NCBI GenBank assembly: GCA_026397405.1
Contig: JAPLUW010000001.1
Location: forward strand, 1 to 41,137
Source of the DNA: Candidatus Adlerbacteria bacterium
Lineage (GTDB): Bacteria > Patescibacteriota > Minisyncoccia > Phycocordibacterales > SBAW01
Direction of reading: 5' to 3'
Length of the DNA: 41,137 nucleotides
The notes under the pieces are model-generated. The model did not search any database, was not told the DNA's origin, and worked only from the letters and a program-made list of their open reading frames with translations. Position numbers and translations under genes: made by a program. This document shows positions 1-7,678 of the stretch, piece by piece; within the stretch, counting starts at the first letter, position 1; the number at the start of each line of letters is the position of its first letter.

Positions 1-48
1 TACTACGTCTGTGCTTCGTGGACATATTAGTGGTATGTCTTAATTGCT

Positions 49-75
49 AAAGCCGCTGCTCCCGCAGCGGCTTTT
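49..75. terminator. Bidirectional intrinsic-terminator-like hairpin
   Basis: AAAGCCGCTGC-tccc-GCAGCGGCTTT is a perfect 11-bp inverted repeat with a 4-nt loop. It has an A run before it and a T run after it. Confidence 0.6.
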
Positions 76-101
76 AGTATGGCATCGCCTTCAAACGTAC
101 A

Positions 102-125
102 CTCCGGCTAAAGCCGGAGGTTTTT
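102..125 (+). terminator. Intrinsic-terminator-like hairpin
   Basis: CTCCGGC-taaa-GCCGGAG followed by GTTTTT. Confidence 0.55.
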
Positions 126-134
126 AGGGATAAG

Positions 135-160
135 AAAAAGCCCGGCGTTTCCGCCAGGCT
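135..160 (-). terminator. Intrinsic terminator of the 187..513 gene
   Basis: On the minus strand, AGCCTGGCG-gaaa-CGCCGGGCT is followed by TTTTT. It lies 27 nt after the stop codon. Confidence 0.6.
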
Positions 161-186
161 TTGAAATGGGTTCCCGGCGACACATG

Positions 187-513
187 TCACTCGTGCGCAG
201 TAAATCCGCATTCGGAGCAAATCATGAGGTAAAAATCCCACTTGGTCTTGACCTCGGCGATCTTCTCGTCTGAGAACCTAACGACCGTTTCCCGGAACTG
301 CGGCATTCGCTGGAGTTCGCATTCAAAGTCTTCGCACAGACTCCATGTGTCGAGCGAATCGATGGATGAATCCCTAAAGAGCGAGTCCCTCGACATCTCC
401 ACCAACCGGTGGATAGGAGCTCCTAAATCTGGCTCCTGGTCTTTGCTCAGCTTCGAGCCCATCGCTTCGAAGTCGGCGTAGCTGAAAGATCTCACTTGCA
501 ATGCGTCGGGCAT
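187..513 (-). CDS. Small carrier-protein-like hypothetical protein with a DSLD motif
   Basis: 108-aa ORF. A GGAGG site sits 5 nt upstream of the ATG (minus strand cagcaGGGGAGGGCGCG-ATG) and the gene has its own terminator. The internal SSIDSLDTWSLCEDFECEL resembles the ACP Ser-attachment helix (DSLDTVELV..EEEF). The RBS and start context are nearly identical to the gene at 10151. Confidence 0.55.
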   Translation of the reverse strand: MPDALQVRSFSYADFEAMGSKLSKDQEPDLGAPIHRLVEMSRDSLFRDSSIDSLDTWSLCEDFECELQRMPQFRETVVRFSDEKIAEVKTKWDFYLMICSECGFTAHE

Positions 514-612
514 CGCGCCCTCCCCTGCTGAATTGAAAGAACATGTGAAGGATAGTCTTTCGCCCGAAGGAGGTCAATCAAAATAATTTCTAGTGCGTGA
601 TATCCTTACGGG

Positions 613-1176
613 GTGAAAGAAGCTTTTGCAGTTACGGCAGCACTCCTTGCGATTGGCGGCAACCTCCCCTACCTGTTCGACATTGTGCGCGGGCGCGTCA
701 AACCACACCCCTACACCTGGCTCGTGTGGTCGATTGTGTCGTGCATTATATTTTTTGGACAACTTGCAAAAGGGGCCGGCTGGGGCGTCCTGCCCACGGG
801 CGCATCGGAAATTTTTACACTGATTATTTTCGTTTTTTCGCTCCGCTACGGATTTAAAAAAATCACACGGACCGATACAGCTTTTTTGATTGTCGCATTG
901 CTGGGGCTTATTCCCTGGTTGCTGACCCACGACCCGACGCTGTCGGTAATTATTGCCGTAAGCATCGACATGATTGCGTTTGCCCCGACGTTCCGCAAAA
1001 CATGGAAGCATCCTGCGACTGAAACTCCTATTCTTTTTGGTTCAAACGTGCTCCGGCACGCCTTGGCGCTGTGTTCGCTCCAGGCGTACAACATCGCCAC
1101 TACACTCCACTCAATTGTCATGATATTGGCCAACACGGCGATGACTCTTATCATCATGTTGAGGCGCAAAAGGTAA
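613..1176 (+). CDS. Multi-pass integral membrane protein, function unknown
   Basis: 187-aa ORF with about six hydrophobic segments. No family was recognised by eye. Confidence 0.6.
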   Translation: MKEAFAVTAALLAIGGNLPYLFDIVRGRVKPHPYTWLVWSIVSCIIFFGQLAKGAGWGVLPTGASEIFTLIIFVFSLRYGFKKITRTDTAFLIVALLGLIPWLLTHDPTLSVIIAVSIDMIAFAPTFRKTWKHPATETPILFGSNVLRHALALCSLQAYNIATTLHSIVMILANTAMTLIIMLRRKR

Positions 1177-1180
1177 GGTG

Positions 1181-1186
1181 TATACT
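1181..1186 (+). promoter_or_regulatory. TATACT -10-like box 6 nt upstream of ATG 1193
   Basis: Exact TATACT, spacer tcacat, then ATG. It belongs to the recurrent pattern described in the findings. Confidence 0.4.
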
Positions 1187-1192
1187 TCACAT

Positions 1193-1539
1193 ATGGATAC
1201 CGACCTTGACCGCGCGCGCAAAGACGCACTCGCTTTCATTACCCGCCACAAAACAGGCGTGCTTGCGACAGTTTCAGAAACCGGCGACGCACATTCGAGC
1301 CCCCGCTCATTGATGAAGCATTTCTCAGCGGCCTCCTCTCCGAAGGGAAGCTCCTGATGTGCGGCACCATGTACCGTTCTAGCGGCGTGAGACACGCAGT
1401 AGTTCTGTACGGCTCATCAGACCAATACATGCACATCATTGATCCTCTCGAAGGAAAACTCTCCCTGACCGGAAGTAGCTTCGTGAGGATCATGCAAACG
1501 TTCGCCGGAGTGTGGTGTATCTCCGTCGCAACGAAATGA
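1193..1539 (+). pseudogene. Chimeric gene remnant: PNPOx-like N-terminal fragment joined out of frame to a C39/papain-like peptidase C-terminal fragment
   Basis: The frame from ATG 1193 reads MDTDLDRARKDALAFITRHKTGVLATVSETGDAHSSP, which looks like a pyridoxamine-5'-phosphate-oxidase-family N-terminus, and stops at 1355-1357. From about 1300 a different frame reads ...GVRHAVVLYGSSDQYMHIIDPLEGKLSLTGSSF..., which looks like a peptidase C39-type C-terminus, and ends at 1539. Confidence 0.35.
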
Positions 1540-1566
1540 ACGAAACGTGCGCAGATGTGCCACACT

Positions 1567-1594
1567 GGACCCTTCTCAAAAGGGTCCTTTTCTT
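1567..1594 (+). terminator. Intrinsic terminator
   Basis: GGACCCTT-ctcaa-AAGGGTCC followed by TTTTCTT. Confidence 0.65.
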
Positions 1595-1609
1595 ATATAA
1601 CTGCATCAT

Positions 1610-2215
1610 ATGGAAGGTCACGACCATGGTCTACAAAAACACATTCTTTATATTCCCGGTACGAGCGGGCTCGAAGACATGAATCGAATACAGCAACTTG
1701 GTAGGAAGGCCGAGCACGCCGGTTTCAATTTTTCTTTTCTTCAAACTTGGAGCAGTGCTGCAGACTTGCAATCGAAAACCCTGCACCAAATAGTAGAGAG
1801 CCTAGACAACGCAATCGCATCACTACATACGGGTGAACTATATGTAGTAGCGAAGAGTTTCGGCGCAGGGATAATGCTTTTGCATACTTGGCCACGGATA
1901 TCAAAGATGGTTCTGTGGGCTCCTGCCGTAGAGCTCGCAGATAAGAATTCGTTTGACGCTATCAAACAGTCCGAACTGAAGGACCTGACATTTGCTGATA
2001 TCACTACAGATGAAGAAACTTTGAGTCAAATCAAAACTGAAATTTTAATCCTGCGTGGGACAGAAGACGATGTCGTGCCGCTCGCGCCTTTGCAATTGAT
2101 CACTAAGAACCTATCCCGAGGACAATTGAAAGAATTGCCAGGTATGGGGCATTCGCCCAAAACAGAGCAGGAATTAGACTTGCTAATAGAAAATTCCATT
2201 CAATTTTTAAAGTAA
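1610..2215 (+). CDS. Alpha/beta-fold hydrolase
   Basis: 201 aa. It has a nucleophile-elbow-like AKSFGAG, a C-terminal GMGHSP (catalytic His region), and a typical length and layout. Confidence 0.75.
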   Translation: MEGHDHGLQKHILYIPGTSGLEDMNRIQQLGRKAEHAGFNFSFLQTWSSAADLQSKTLHQIVESLDNAIASLHTGELYVVAKSFGAGIMLLHTWPRISKMVLWAPAVELADKNSFDAIKQSELKDLTFADITTDEETLSQIKTEILILRGTEDDVVPLAPLQLITKNLSRGQLKELPGMGHSPKTEQELDLLIENSIQFLK

Positions 2216-2274
2216 GTTTTGGAAACCGATTCTTTGTGCCCACTCCAATACCATCAATTCCCTACTGACTTGTA

Positions 2275-2365
2275 TCCAATTTACGGTTCTGAACCTGTCC
2301 ACGAGCGGGAGCAACTGAAATCTCGTTAATTTTATAGGGTCATTTTTGTATACCTGAGCAGGACT
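2275..2365 (+). repeat. Copy A of a diverged ~90-bp direct repeat
   Basis: Aligns gap-free with 3238..3326 at roughly three quarters identity by eye, for example ACGGTTCT, GAAATCTCGT and GTACCT. Confidence 0.6.
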
Positions 2366-2383
2366 TAGGACTTGCCTGAATGT

Positions 2384-2389
2384 TATACT
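2384..2389 (+). promoter_or_regulatory. TATACT -10-like box 6 nt upstream of ATG 2396
   Basis: Exact TATACT, then cattga, then ATG. Confidence 0.45.
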
Positions 2390-2395
2390 CATTGA

Positions 2396-3175
2396 ATGGA
2401 ATCTGTAACATCTATCGGTCGCCGAATGCTGAACAAAGTACCAGAGGTAACCATTTTCTTCTGGATTATTAAAATCCTCTGCACAACTGTTGGTGAAACC
2501 GCGGCCGACTATCTAAATGAAACTCTAGGGTTTGGACTGACTAATACGACCTATGTGATGGGCGCACTTCTTTTTGCCGCACTCGTCTATCAATTTCTAC
2601 TCCGAAAATATGTACCGTGGATATACTGGCTCGCGGTAGTGCTCATCAGCATTGTTGGCACACTCATCACCGACAACCTCACAGACAATCTTGGCGTATC
2701 ACTGGAAACAACAACTGTTGTATTCAGCATCGTGTTACTGATTGTCTTTGCGCTATGGTATTGGATTGAGAAAACTGTTTCCATCCACAGCATAACCACC
2801 ACTCGCCGCGAAGCATTCTATTGGCTGGCAATTCTTTTCACCTTCGCACTTGGAACTGCGGCTGGCGACCTCTCCGCAGAATATTTCAATCTTGGATACC
2901 TTACGTCGGTTGGCATATTCGCAGGATTGATTGTACTCGTAACCATTCTCTACTACGTCTTCAAACGAAATGCCGTTCTCGCCTTCTGGCTCGCATACAT
3001 CCTCACGCGCCCTCTCGGTGCCTCCATTGGCGACTATCTCTCGCAGGCACAAAGCGACGGCGGTTTGGGTCTAGGAACAACAGCTACCAGCTTTATCTTC
3101 CTCGGTGCCATACTCATTACCGTCGCGTATTTAGCGATTTCAAAGAGAGATGTTATCTCCAATATGGACAGATAA
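2396..3175 (+). CDS. Membrane protein of the COG4705-like uncharacterized membrane-anchored family
   Basis: 259 aa. The N-terminal NKVPEVTIFFWIIKILCTTVGETAADYL and C-terminal LTRPLGASIGDYLSQ blocks are typical of this family. It has multiple TM helices. Confidence 0.7.
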   Translation: MESVTSIGRRMLNKVPEVTIFFWIIKILCTTVGETAADYLNETLGFGLTNTTYVMGALLFAALVYQFLLRKYVPWIYWLAVVLISIVGTLITDNLTDNLGVSLETTTVVFSIVLLIVFALWYWIEKTVSIHSITTTRREAFYWLAILFTFALGTAAGDLSAEYFNLGYLTSVGIFAGLIVLVTILYYVFKRNAVLAFWLAYILTRPLGASIGDYLSQAQSDGGLGLGTTATSFIFLGAILITVAYLAISKRDVISNMDR

Positions 3176-3237
3176 TCTCATCTTAATAATTCCTGTACCA
3201 GCCTCAATGTAAACGCTGGCGCAGGATATTCTTTCAA

Positions 3238-3326
3238 CCAATCCACGGTTCTAAAGTCGTCCACCAGCGTGAGCAATCGAAATCTCGTGAATTTAATAGT
3301 GTCAATTTGTGTACCTCTCGGCAGGA
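3238..3326 (+). repeat. Copy B of the diverged ~90-bp direct repeat
   Basis: See copy A. It has the same orientation and lies 963 bp downstream. Confidence 0.6.
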
Positions 3327-3358
3327 GAAGACAAACAACTATTTGTCTTGTAGAGTTT

Positions 3359-3586
3359 ATGACGAACCGGGGGTACAAAATGTTCTTACGCAGAGGACTC
3401 GAAGATTTTCCTGAAGCTATAGGAATGGAGGTGTACTGCGCTAAGTGTAAAGGCTGGCACAGTTCAGACGACACAATTTCCATTTCTAAATGTCAGCCAA
3501 ATAGACATGGTGGAATTCAGATGGTTCAGTATCTTGCCTGTTTTACTTGCACAACCAAAACAACCGAAGCACAAGGACAATGCTAG
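3359..3586 (+). CDS. Small Cys-rich protein, zinc-ribbon-like (start uncertain: ATG 3359, 3380 or 3424)
   Basis: The ORF ends ...MEVYCAKCKGWHSS...QYLACFTCTTKT, giving CxxC...CxxC spacing. A plus-strand terminator follows. Confidence 0.35.
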   Translation: MTNRGYKMFLRRGLEDFPEAIGMEVYCAKCKGWHSSDDTISISKCQPNRHGGIQMVQYLACFTCTTKTTEAQGQC

Positions 3587-3588
3587 AG

Positions 3589-3622
3589 GCCGTCCCCTCC
3601 CCAAGGTGGCGGCTTTTCTTTT
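3589..3622 (+). terminator. Intrinsic terminator
   Basis: GCCGTCCCC-loop-GGTGGCGGC with one mismatch and one G-U pair, followed by TTTTCTTTT. Confidence 0.55.
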
Positions 3623-3671
3623 ATTCAACACAGGTTCAAACGTCCGCTATGAGGCGGAACAGATATTTAAC

Positions 3672-4094
3672 CTAATTTATTGCCATTGTGATTACTGCAA
3701 AAGATTTATTGTATTCAGAGTAACGTTCAAATAAAAAAGTTGGTAATGCCTCAGAATCTACTTCCCTAAAACCAAGTTGTTCATAAAATTTTTTTAGATG
3801 TGGGTATGGAAGGCAGTAACAAAGTCGTCCTTCTAGATCAGTAATTAAAGCTCGTACAAGTAGTGTTCCAATCCCACGCTGTTGATGCTCTACTGCGACA
3901 TTGAGGGTTCTCATCACAAGCACTTCATGTTCAGGTACAAGACGCACAGCCCCAACGATGCGATCATTCTCCTTCGCAACAAATACAATTTCTGATAGGT
4001 CTAGCACGTCATCTTCTCCAACAGTGTTATAGAAAAGTTCAACCTCCTTATATTCATTAAGTTTTGCTTTTGAAATGGCAAACATCCATCCCAT
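3672..4094 (-). CDS. GNAT-family N-acetyltransferase
   Basis: 140 aa. It has the acetyl-CoA-binding motif QQRGIGTLLVRAL, and AAGGAG lies 5 nt upstream of the ATG. Confidence 0.8.
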   Translation of the reverse strand: MGWMFAISKAKLNEYKEVELFYNTVGEDDVLDLSEIVFVAKENDRIVGAVRLVPEHEVLVMRTLNVAVEHQQRGIGTLLVRALITDLEGRLCYCLPYPHLKKFYEQLGFREVDSEALPTFLFERYSEYNKSFAVITMAIN

Positions 4095-4149
4095 AGTACT
4101 CCTTACTTAAAACAGATTCGAACATCATCTATTTGTACTTCAGAACTGA

Positions 4150-4155
4150 TATAGT
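4150..4155 (+). promoter_or_regulatory. TATAGT -10-like box 6 nt upstream of ATG 4162
   Basis: TATAGT, then atattt, then ATG. Confidence 0.35.
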
Positions 4156-4161
4156 ATATTT

Positions 4162-4374
4162 ATGCATCTAAAAAAGTGGCTTTTGTATATAACAAACAAT
4201 GAAGAAGTTTCTCGTCATGAAGAAGAATTTGATATCGCCTTTTTTATTATTAACACGTTGGCTGTCATAGGTGGGAGTATATACGTTGCCTGTATTGGGC
4301 AATGGGAGTGGATACCGTTTCTTGTTATTGAATATACTTGGGCTATCGACACCATGCGACACAACAGACCTTAG
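4162..4374 (+). CDS. Small membrane protein, hypothetical
   Basis: 70 aa with two hydrophobic segments and a -10-like box just upstream. Confidence 0.4.
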   Translation: MHLKKWLLYITNNEEVSRHEEEFDIAFFIINTLAVIGGSIYVACIGQWEWIPFLVIEYTWAIDTMRHNRP

Positions 4375-4415
4375 TTTGAAACATCTAGAATTAAAAAGCA
4401 CCGCGTACTAAAGAT

Positions 4416-4814
4416 ATGATTCGCCGTTCAATGATACGTTTCGGTCAATACACTGTGATTGGCACAGCTACGTTTGCACTGGATCTGTGTCTGCTGTTTC
4501 TATTAGTGCAGTACGCCGGAGTACCGTTTTACATCGCAACACCATGCTCGTTTCTTATTGCCGTAAGCGGTAACTATGTTTTAAGCCGACGGTTTGTATT
4601 TGTTGGTACACAACGTGGGTGGAACAGCGGCTATGTCTATTTTATATGCATCGCACTCGCAGGCGCTTTTGTGACGACTACTCTTGTCGTATGGCTTGTT
4701 GCCACCTTTCATCTCTTCTACCTTTTGGCCCGAGCGCTTACCGCAGTTGCGGTTGGTGTTACCAACTATTTCATCAATTTATATTGGAATTTTAAAGTGG
4801 TGGGAAAGCACTAA
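4416..4814 (+). CDS. GtrA-family membrane protein
   Basis: 132 aa with four TM segments. FGQYTVIGTATFALDL...NYVLSRRFVF is the typical GtrA signature. Confidence 0.8.
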   Translation: MIRRSMIRFGQYTVIGTATFALDLCLLFLLVQYAGVPFYIATPCSFLIAVSGNYVLSRRFVFVGTQRGWNSGYVYFICIALAGAFVTTTLVVWLVATFHLFYLLARALTAVAVGVTNYFINLYWNFKVVGKH

Positions 4815-4871
4815 CTAGAGCTCGCGGATTTTAGAATATATGGTACCGTGCCTCCAGAGGAGGACGTGGCA

Positions 4872-5156
4872 ATGGCAGGATCGTTCGAGAGAATCGTCAA
4901 TGACGGGGGTGGCGTCGAGGCGGGACAGCCCCGCACACAGAAGTACGGGGAACACCAGGTATTTCCCCAAAACGCCCAGGACATGATCAGGGCTTCGGCT
5001 GTCCTTTTGAAGCTCACGAACGAGCTGGTGAAGCTCTTCTTGCGCCAGCTTAAGGCTGAGAACGAGAAGGATCGGGTGGTATTGGATGTATACCGCCAGC
5101 GGCTCAGCCAAAAGGAGTTGCCGGGCGAGTACACGTTCGCCGACTTTATGCGCTAG
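4872..5156 (+). CDS. Hypothetical protein, GC-rich and SD-led
   Basis: GAGGAGGA (4857-4864) lies 7 nt before ATG 4872, and a strong plus-strand terminator follows the stop. The ORF track opens this frame at 4848. Confidence 0.55.
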   Translation: MAGSFERIVNDGGGVEAGQPRTQKYGEHQVFPQNAQDMIRASAVLLKLTNELVKLFLRQLKAENEKDRVVLDVYRQRLSQKELPGEYTFADFMR

Positions 5157-5191
5157 GTCCTTGCTGAAGCTGGTCATCCGCTGTCGCCCTA

Positions 5192-5227
5192 GGCCGCCTC
5201 ACATGTGAGCGGCCATTTCTTTTTTTA
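5192..5227 (+). terminator. Intrinsic terminator
   Basis: GGCCGCCTCACA/TGTGAGCGGCC stem with one bulge, followed by ATTTCTTTTTTT. Confidence 0.7.
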
Positions 5228-5246
5228 TACAAGAAAATTCTGAGGG

Positions 5247-5252
5247 TATACT
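5247..5252 (+). promoter_or_regulatory. TATACT -10-like box 6 nt upstream of GTG 5259
   Basis: Exact TATACT, then ttcagt, then GTG. Confidence 0.45.
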
Positions 5253-5258
5253 TTCAGT

Positions 5259-5765
5259 GTGAACAAAATTGTACTCATTGGGTGCCCGGGTGCGGGGAAA
5301 ACAACTCTTGCTAGAAAGCTAGGGGCCAAACTCAATATTCCTGTCCACCATCTAGACAAGTATTTTTGGAAAGAAAACTGGACGCCCACACCACAAGCGG
5401 AATTTAGAAAGATACAAGATGAACTAATGAAAGAAGACCGGTGGATAGTCGACGGTAATTTTACTAAGTCCATTGATAACAGGGTGACAAAAGCCGACAC
5501 GGTTGTATTTTTTGATTTTCCAAAAACTACCCTTGTGTGGAGATACCTTAAAAGATTCGTCCAAGACTTTAATAAAGTCAGGCCTGACATGGGCGGAGAC
5601 AATAAAGCCTCATTCAACCCCACTATTATATGGAACCATATTACGTTCGTTCTGAAATTTCCGAGGAACGAAGTTTATACAACTCTAAAAGAGCATGCTC
5701 AAGATAAGAACGTCGTTATTCTGCGTAACACAAAAGAAGTCGCCACTTTCCTAGACAACGCATAA
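5259..5765 (+). CDS. P-loop kinase, adenylate-kinase / topology-modulation-protein-like
   Basis: 168 aa. It has Walker A GCPGAGKTTLARKL at the N-terminus, and its size and layout match small AAA/AK-like kinases. Confidence 0.8.
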   Translation: MNKIVLIGCPGAGKTTLARKLGAKLNIPVHHLDKYFWKENWTPTPQAEFRKIQDELMKEDRWIVDGNFTKSIDNRVTKADTVVFFDFPKTTLVWRYLKRFVQDFNKVRPDMGGDNKASFNPTIIWNHITFVLKFPRNEVYTTLKEHAQDKNVVILRNTKEVATFLDNA

Positions 5766-5811
5766 GCACAGCGGAGCAAATGTTTAGTAACCAACCCACC
5801 GTGTAGCGGGT

Positions 5812-5817
5812 TAGAAT
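5812..5817 (+). promoter_or_regulatory. TAGAAT -10-like box 6 nt upstream of ATG 5824
   Basis: TAGAAT, then ctttat, then ATG. Confidence 0.35.
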
Positions 5818-5823
5818 CTTTAT

Positions 5824-6168
5824 ATGACTATGTCAAAAACAAAATTTGTTATTCTCTTCATCATTTTTGGATTTGCCTTCCTTTTTATCACTACATCACT
5901 TTTAGGGTCAACTGGGCCCCGGGGCTTTCCTCAGCCGCCAGACTCTATCCTTACGACGGGGTCCGATTCGCCTATAGCCTGGAAGAATGCTGTGTCCACA
6001 ATTATTTTACCTATCAAAGTTGTTTTGATAGGTCCGTTGGCCTTGCCCCAAGTTAATTTTTTGAAAGAAGATCCCCCACCCCCATTTGTTGGAATCTACT
6101 TTATTTTCTACTGGACCATACTTGCACTACTTATCCATTATTTTCTCGGCAAACTAAAACACTCTTAA
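5824..6168 (+). CDS. Membrane protein, hypothetical
   Basis: 114 aa with N- and C-terminal TM helices. Confidence 0.5.
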   Translation: MTMSKTKFVILFIIFGFAFLFITTSLLGSTGPRGFPQPPDSILTTGSDSPIAWKNAVSTIILPIKVVLIGPLALPQVNFLKEDPPPPFVGIYFIFYWTILALLIHYFLGKLKHS

Positions 6169-6206
6169 TAGGTTCCTCATATGAGTTTCATTAAGATGTA
6201 GCGACG

Positions 6207-7058
6207 ATGTCGTTTTTTATCCGCCACAGACATGTGGTTATAGCTGCAACAGGATTTGCCGTACTCTTGGCTGCACTATTTCTCTTTGTGTATATACAAA
6301 ACAACTCACATGTTGCGGGCATTGTTCCGGGTGGCGGGCAAACCGCCACAACAACATCGCTTACTGGAGCCCTTCAGCCGCCCCTATTTGAATATCTAGA
6401 AGTCGTTGACGGATGCGGTCCCTATTACAACACTGGCGTCTGTGTAAATATGCGCTCGGGCCCCGGTACAAAATACCCTGCCGTTGCGCGTTTGCGCACA
6501 GGCGTGGTGTTGCGGGTAGAAAAGGAAATAACAATAGACGGCCGTGTGTGGGACAAAATTAAATTTGATAACGAGGTGAAGTACCCAGACCGCCTCCCTC
6601 CGGACTTGTATGTTGCCGCTGAATTCGTGCGCAACTTCTACGACGACGGCAACCACCTACTTGTAAAAGGCAGCGCACCAACAACAAAACGTATCGTCGT
6701 TGATGTAGGCAAGGAAATGCTCTACGCATACGACGGCGACACATTATTTATGCAGGAACCTGTTTCAACAGGGCTCGAACTCACTCCCACCGCGCGCGGT
6801 ACATTTACCGTTTTTAAAATGACACCTGCCCGCTACATGCAAGGGCCCCTACCAGGCACAAGCGACCAAGTGTACGACCTGCCCGGAGTGCCCTGGAACT
6901 TGTACTTCACAAAAGATGGTGCAGTTATACACGGCGCATACTGGCACGACCATTTTGGAGAGCCATGGTCGCACGGGTGCGTAAATCTTCCGCCACAAAG
7001 TGCAAAAAAACTCTACGACTGGGCAGTCGTGGGGACACAAGTGATTGTGAAGGACTAA
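6207..7058 (+). CDS. L,D-transpeptidase (YkuD family) with an SH3b-like domain
   Basis: 283 aa. It has an N-terminal TM anchor, an SH3-like VNMRSGPGTKYPAVARLRTG segment, and the catalytic block HGAYWHDHFGEPWSHGCVNL. Confidence 0.85.
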   Translation: MSFFIRHRHVVIAATGFAVLLAALFLFVYIQNNSHVAGIVPGGGQTATTTSLTGALQPPLFEYLEVVDGCGPYYNTGVCVNMRSGPGTKYPAVARLRTGVVLRVEKEITIDGRVWDKIKFDNEVKYPDRLPPDLYVAAEFVRNFYDDGNHLLVKGSAPTTKRIVVDVGKEMLYAYDGDTLFMQEPVSTGLELTPTARGTFTVFKMTPARYMQGPLPGTSDQVYDLPGVPWNLYFTKDGAVIHGAYWHDHFGEPWSHGCVNLPPQSAKKLYDWAVVGTQVIVKD

Positions 7059-7103
7059 CACAAATAGCTTGTTCATACAGAACACATCTGGAATGATTAC
7101 CGG

Positions 7104-7654
7104 ATGTTATTTACTATCCCCATCCCGCCCGCCATACAGCAGACCCCAATACACGCTACGACCACGGTACCTATGGTGCCGTTTTATTCGCAGTTTAGAG
7201 ACATTGCATCTGCATCGTGGCAAAAAGTTGGGTGTGGTATCACCAGTTTGGCGATGATATTGGACTACTACAAACCCGCAGTGTCAGTGAACACATTGTT
7301 GAAACAAGGCATTGCCGCAGATGCATATAGCGCTGCTGGCTGGACGTACAATGGGCTTATTTCTGTAAGCAAAAATATGGTCTCGACGGCACAAGCTACG
7401 ACCTCACAAAGGCAACTTCTGCGCACGCCTTTGCACAATTTAAAACATATCTCGACGACGGCCCTGTTATCGCATCGGTACACTATAAGTTTGACCCAAA
7501 AAGCACTATCCCCCACCTGGTGGTGATAAACGGCATTGCTGACAATATTGTCTACTACAATGACCCTGCTGCAAAAACGGGCGAAAAAACAATTTCTACG
7601 GCCGACTTTCTTGCCGGTTGGAAAAAAAGGTTCATCGTTATACGGCCAGTGTAG
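7104..7654 (+). pseudogene. Peptidase C39-like (C39_2/BtrH-type) gene split by a 1-nt frameshift in an A5 run
   Basis: The frame from ATG 7104 reads ...VPFYSQFRDIASASWQKVGCGITSLAMILDYY...GLISVSK. The family-typical continuation KYGLDGTSYDL...GPVIASVHYKFDPKSTIPHLVVINGI...FIVIRPV* is in the +2 frame from 7373 to 7654. The switch point is the A5 run at 7371-7375. Confidence 0.7.
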
Positions 7655-7665
7655 GCAACATACGC

Positions 7666-7671
7666 TATACT
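7666..7671 (+). promoter_or_regulatory. TATACT -10-like box 7 nt upstream of ATG 7679
   Basis: Exact TATACT, then gccgtgt, then ATG. Confidence 0.45.
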
Positions 7672-7678
7672 GCCGTGT

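Noticed and set aside
4815-5177. 120-aa minus-strand ORF overlapping 4872-5156
   Set aside because: The plus-strand frame has GAGGAGGA 7 nt before its ATG and a strong plus-strand terminator right after its stop. The minus-strand frame has neither.
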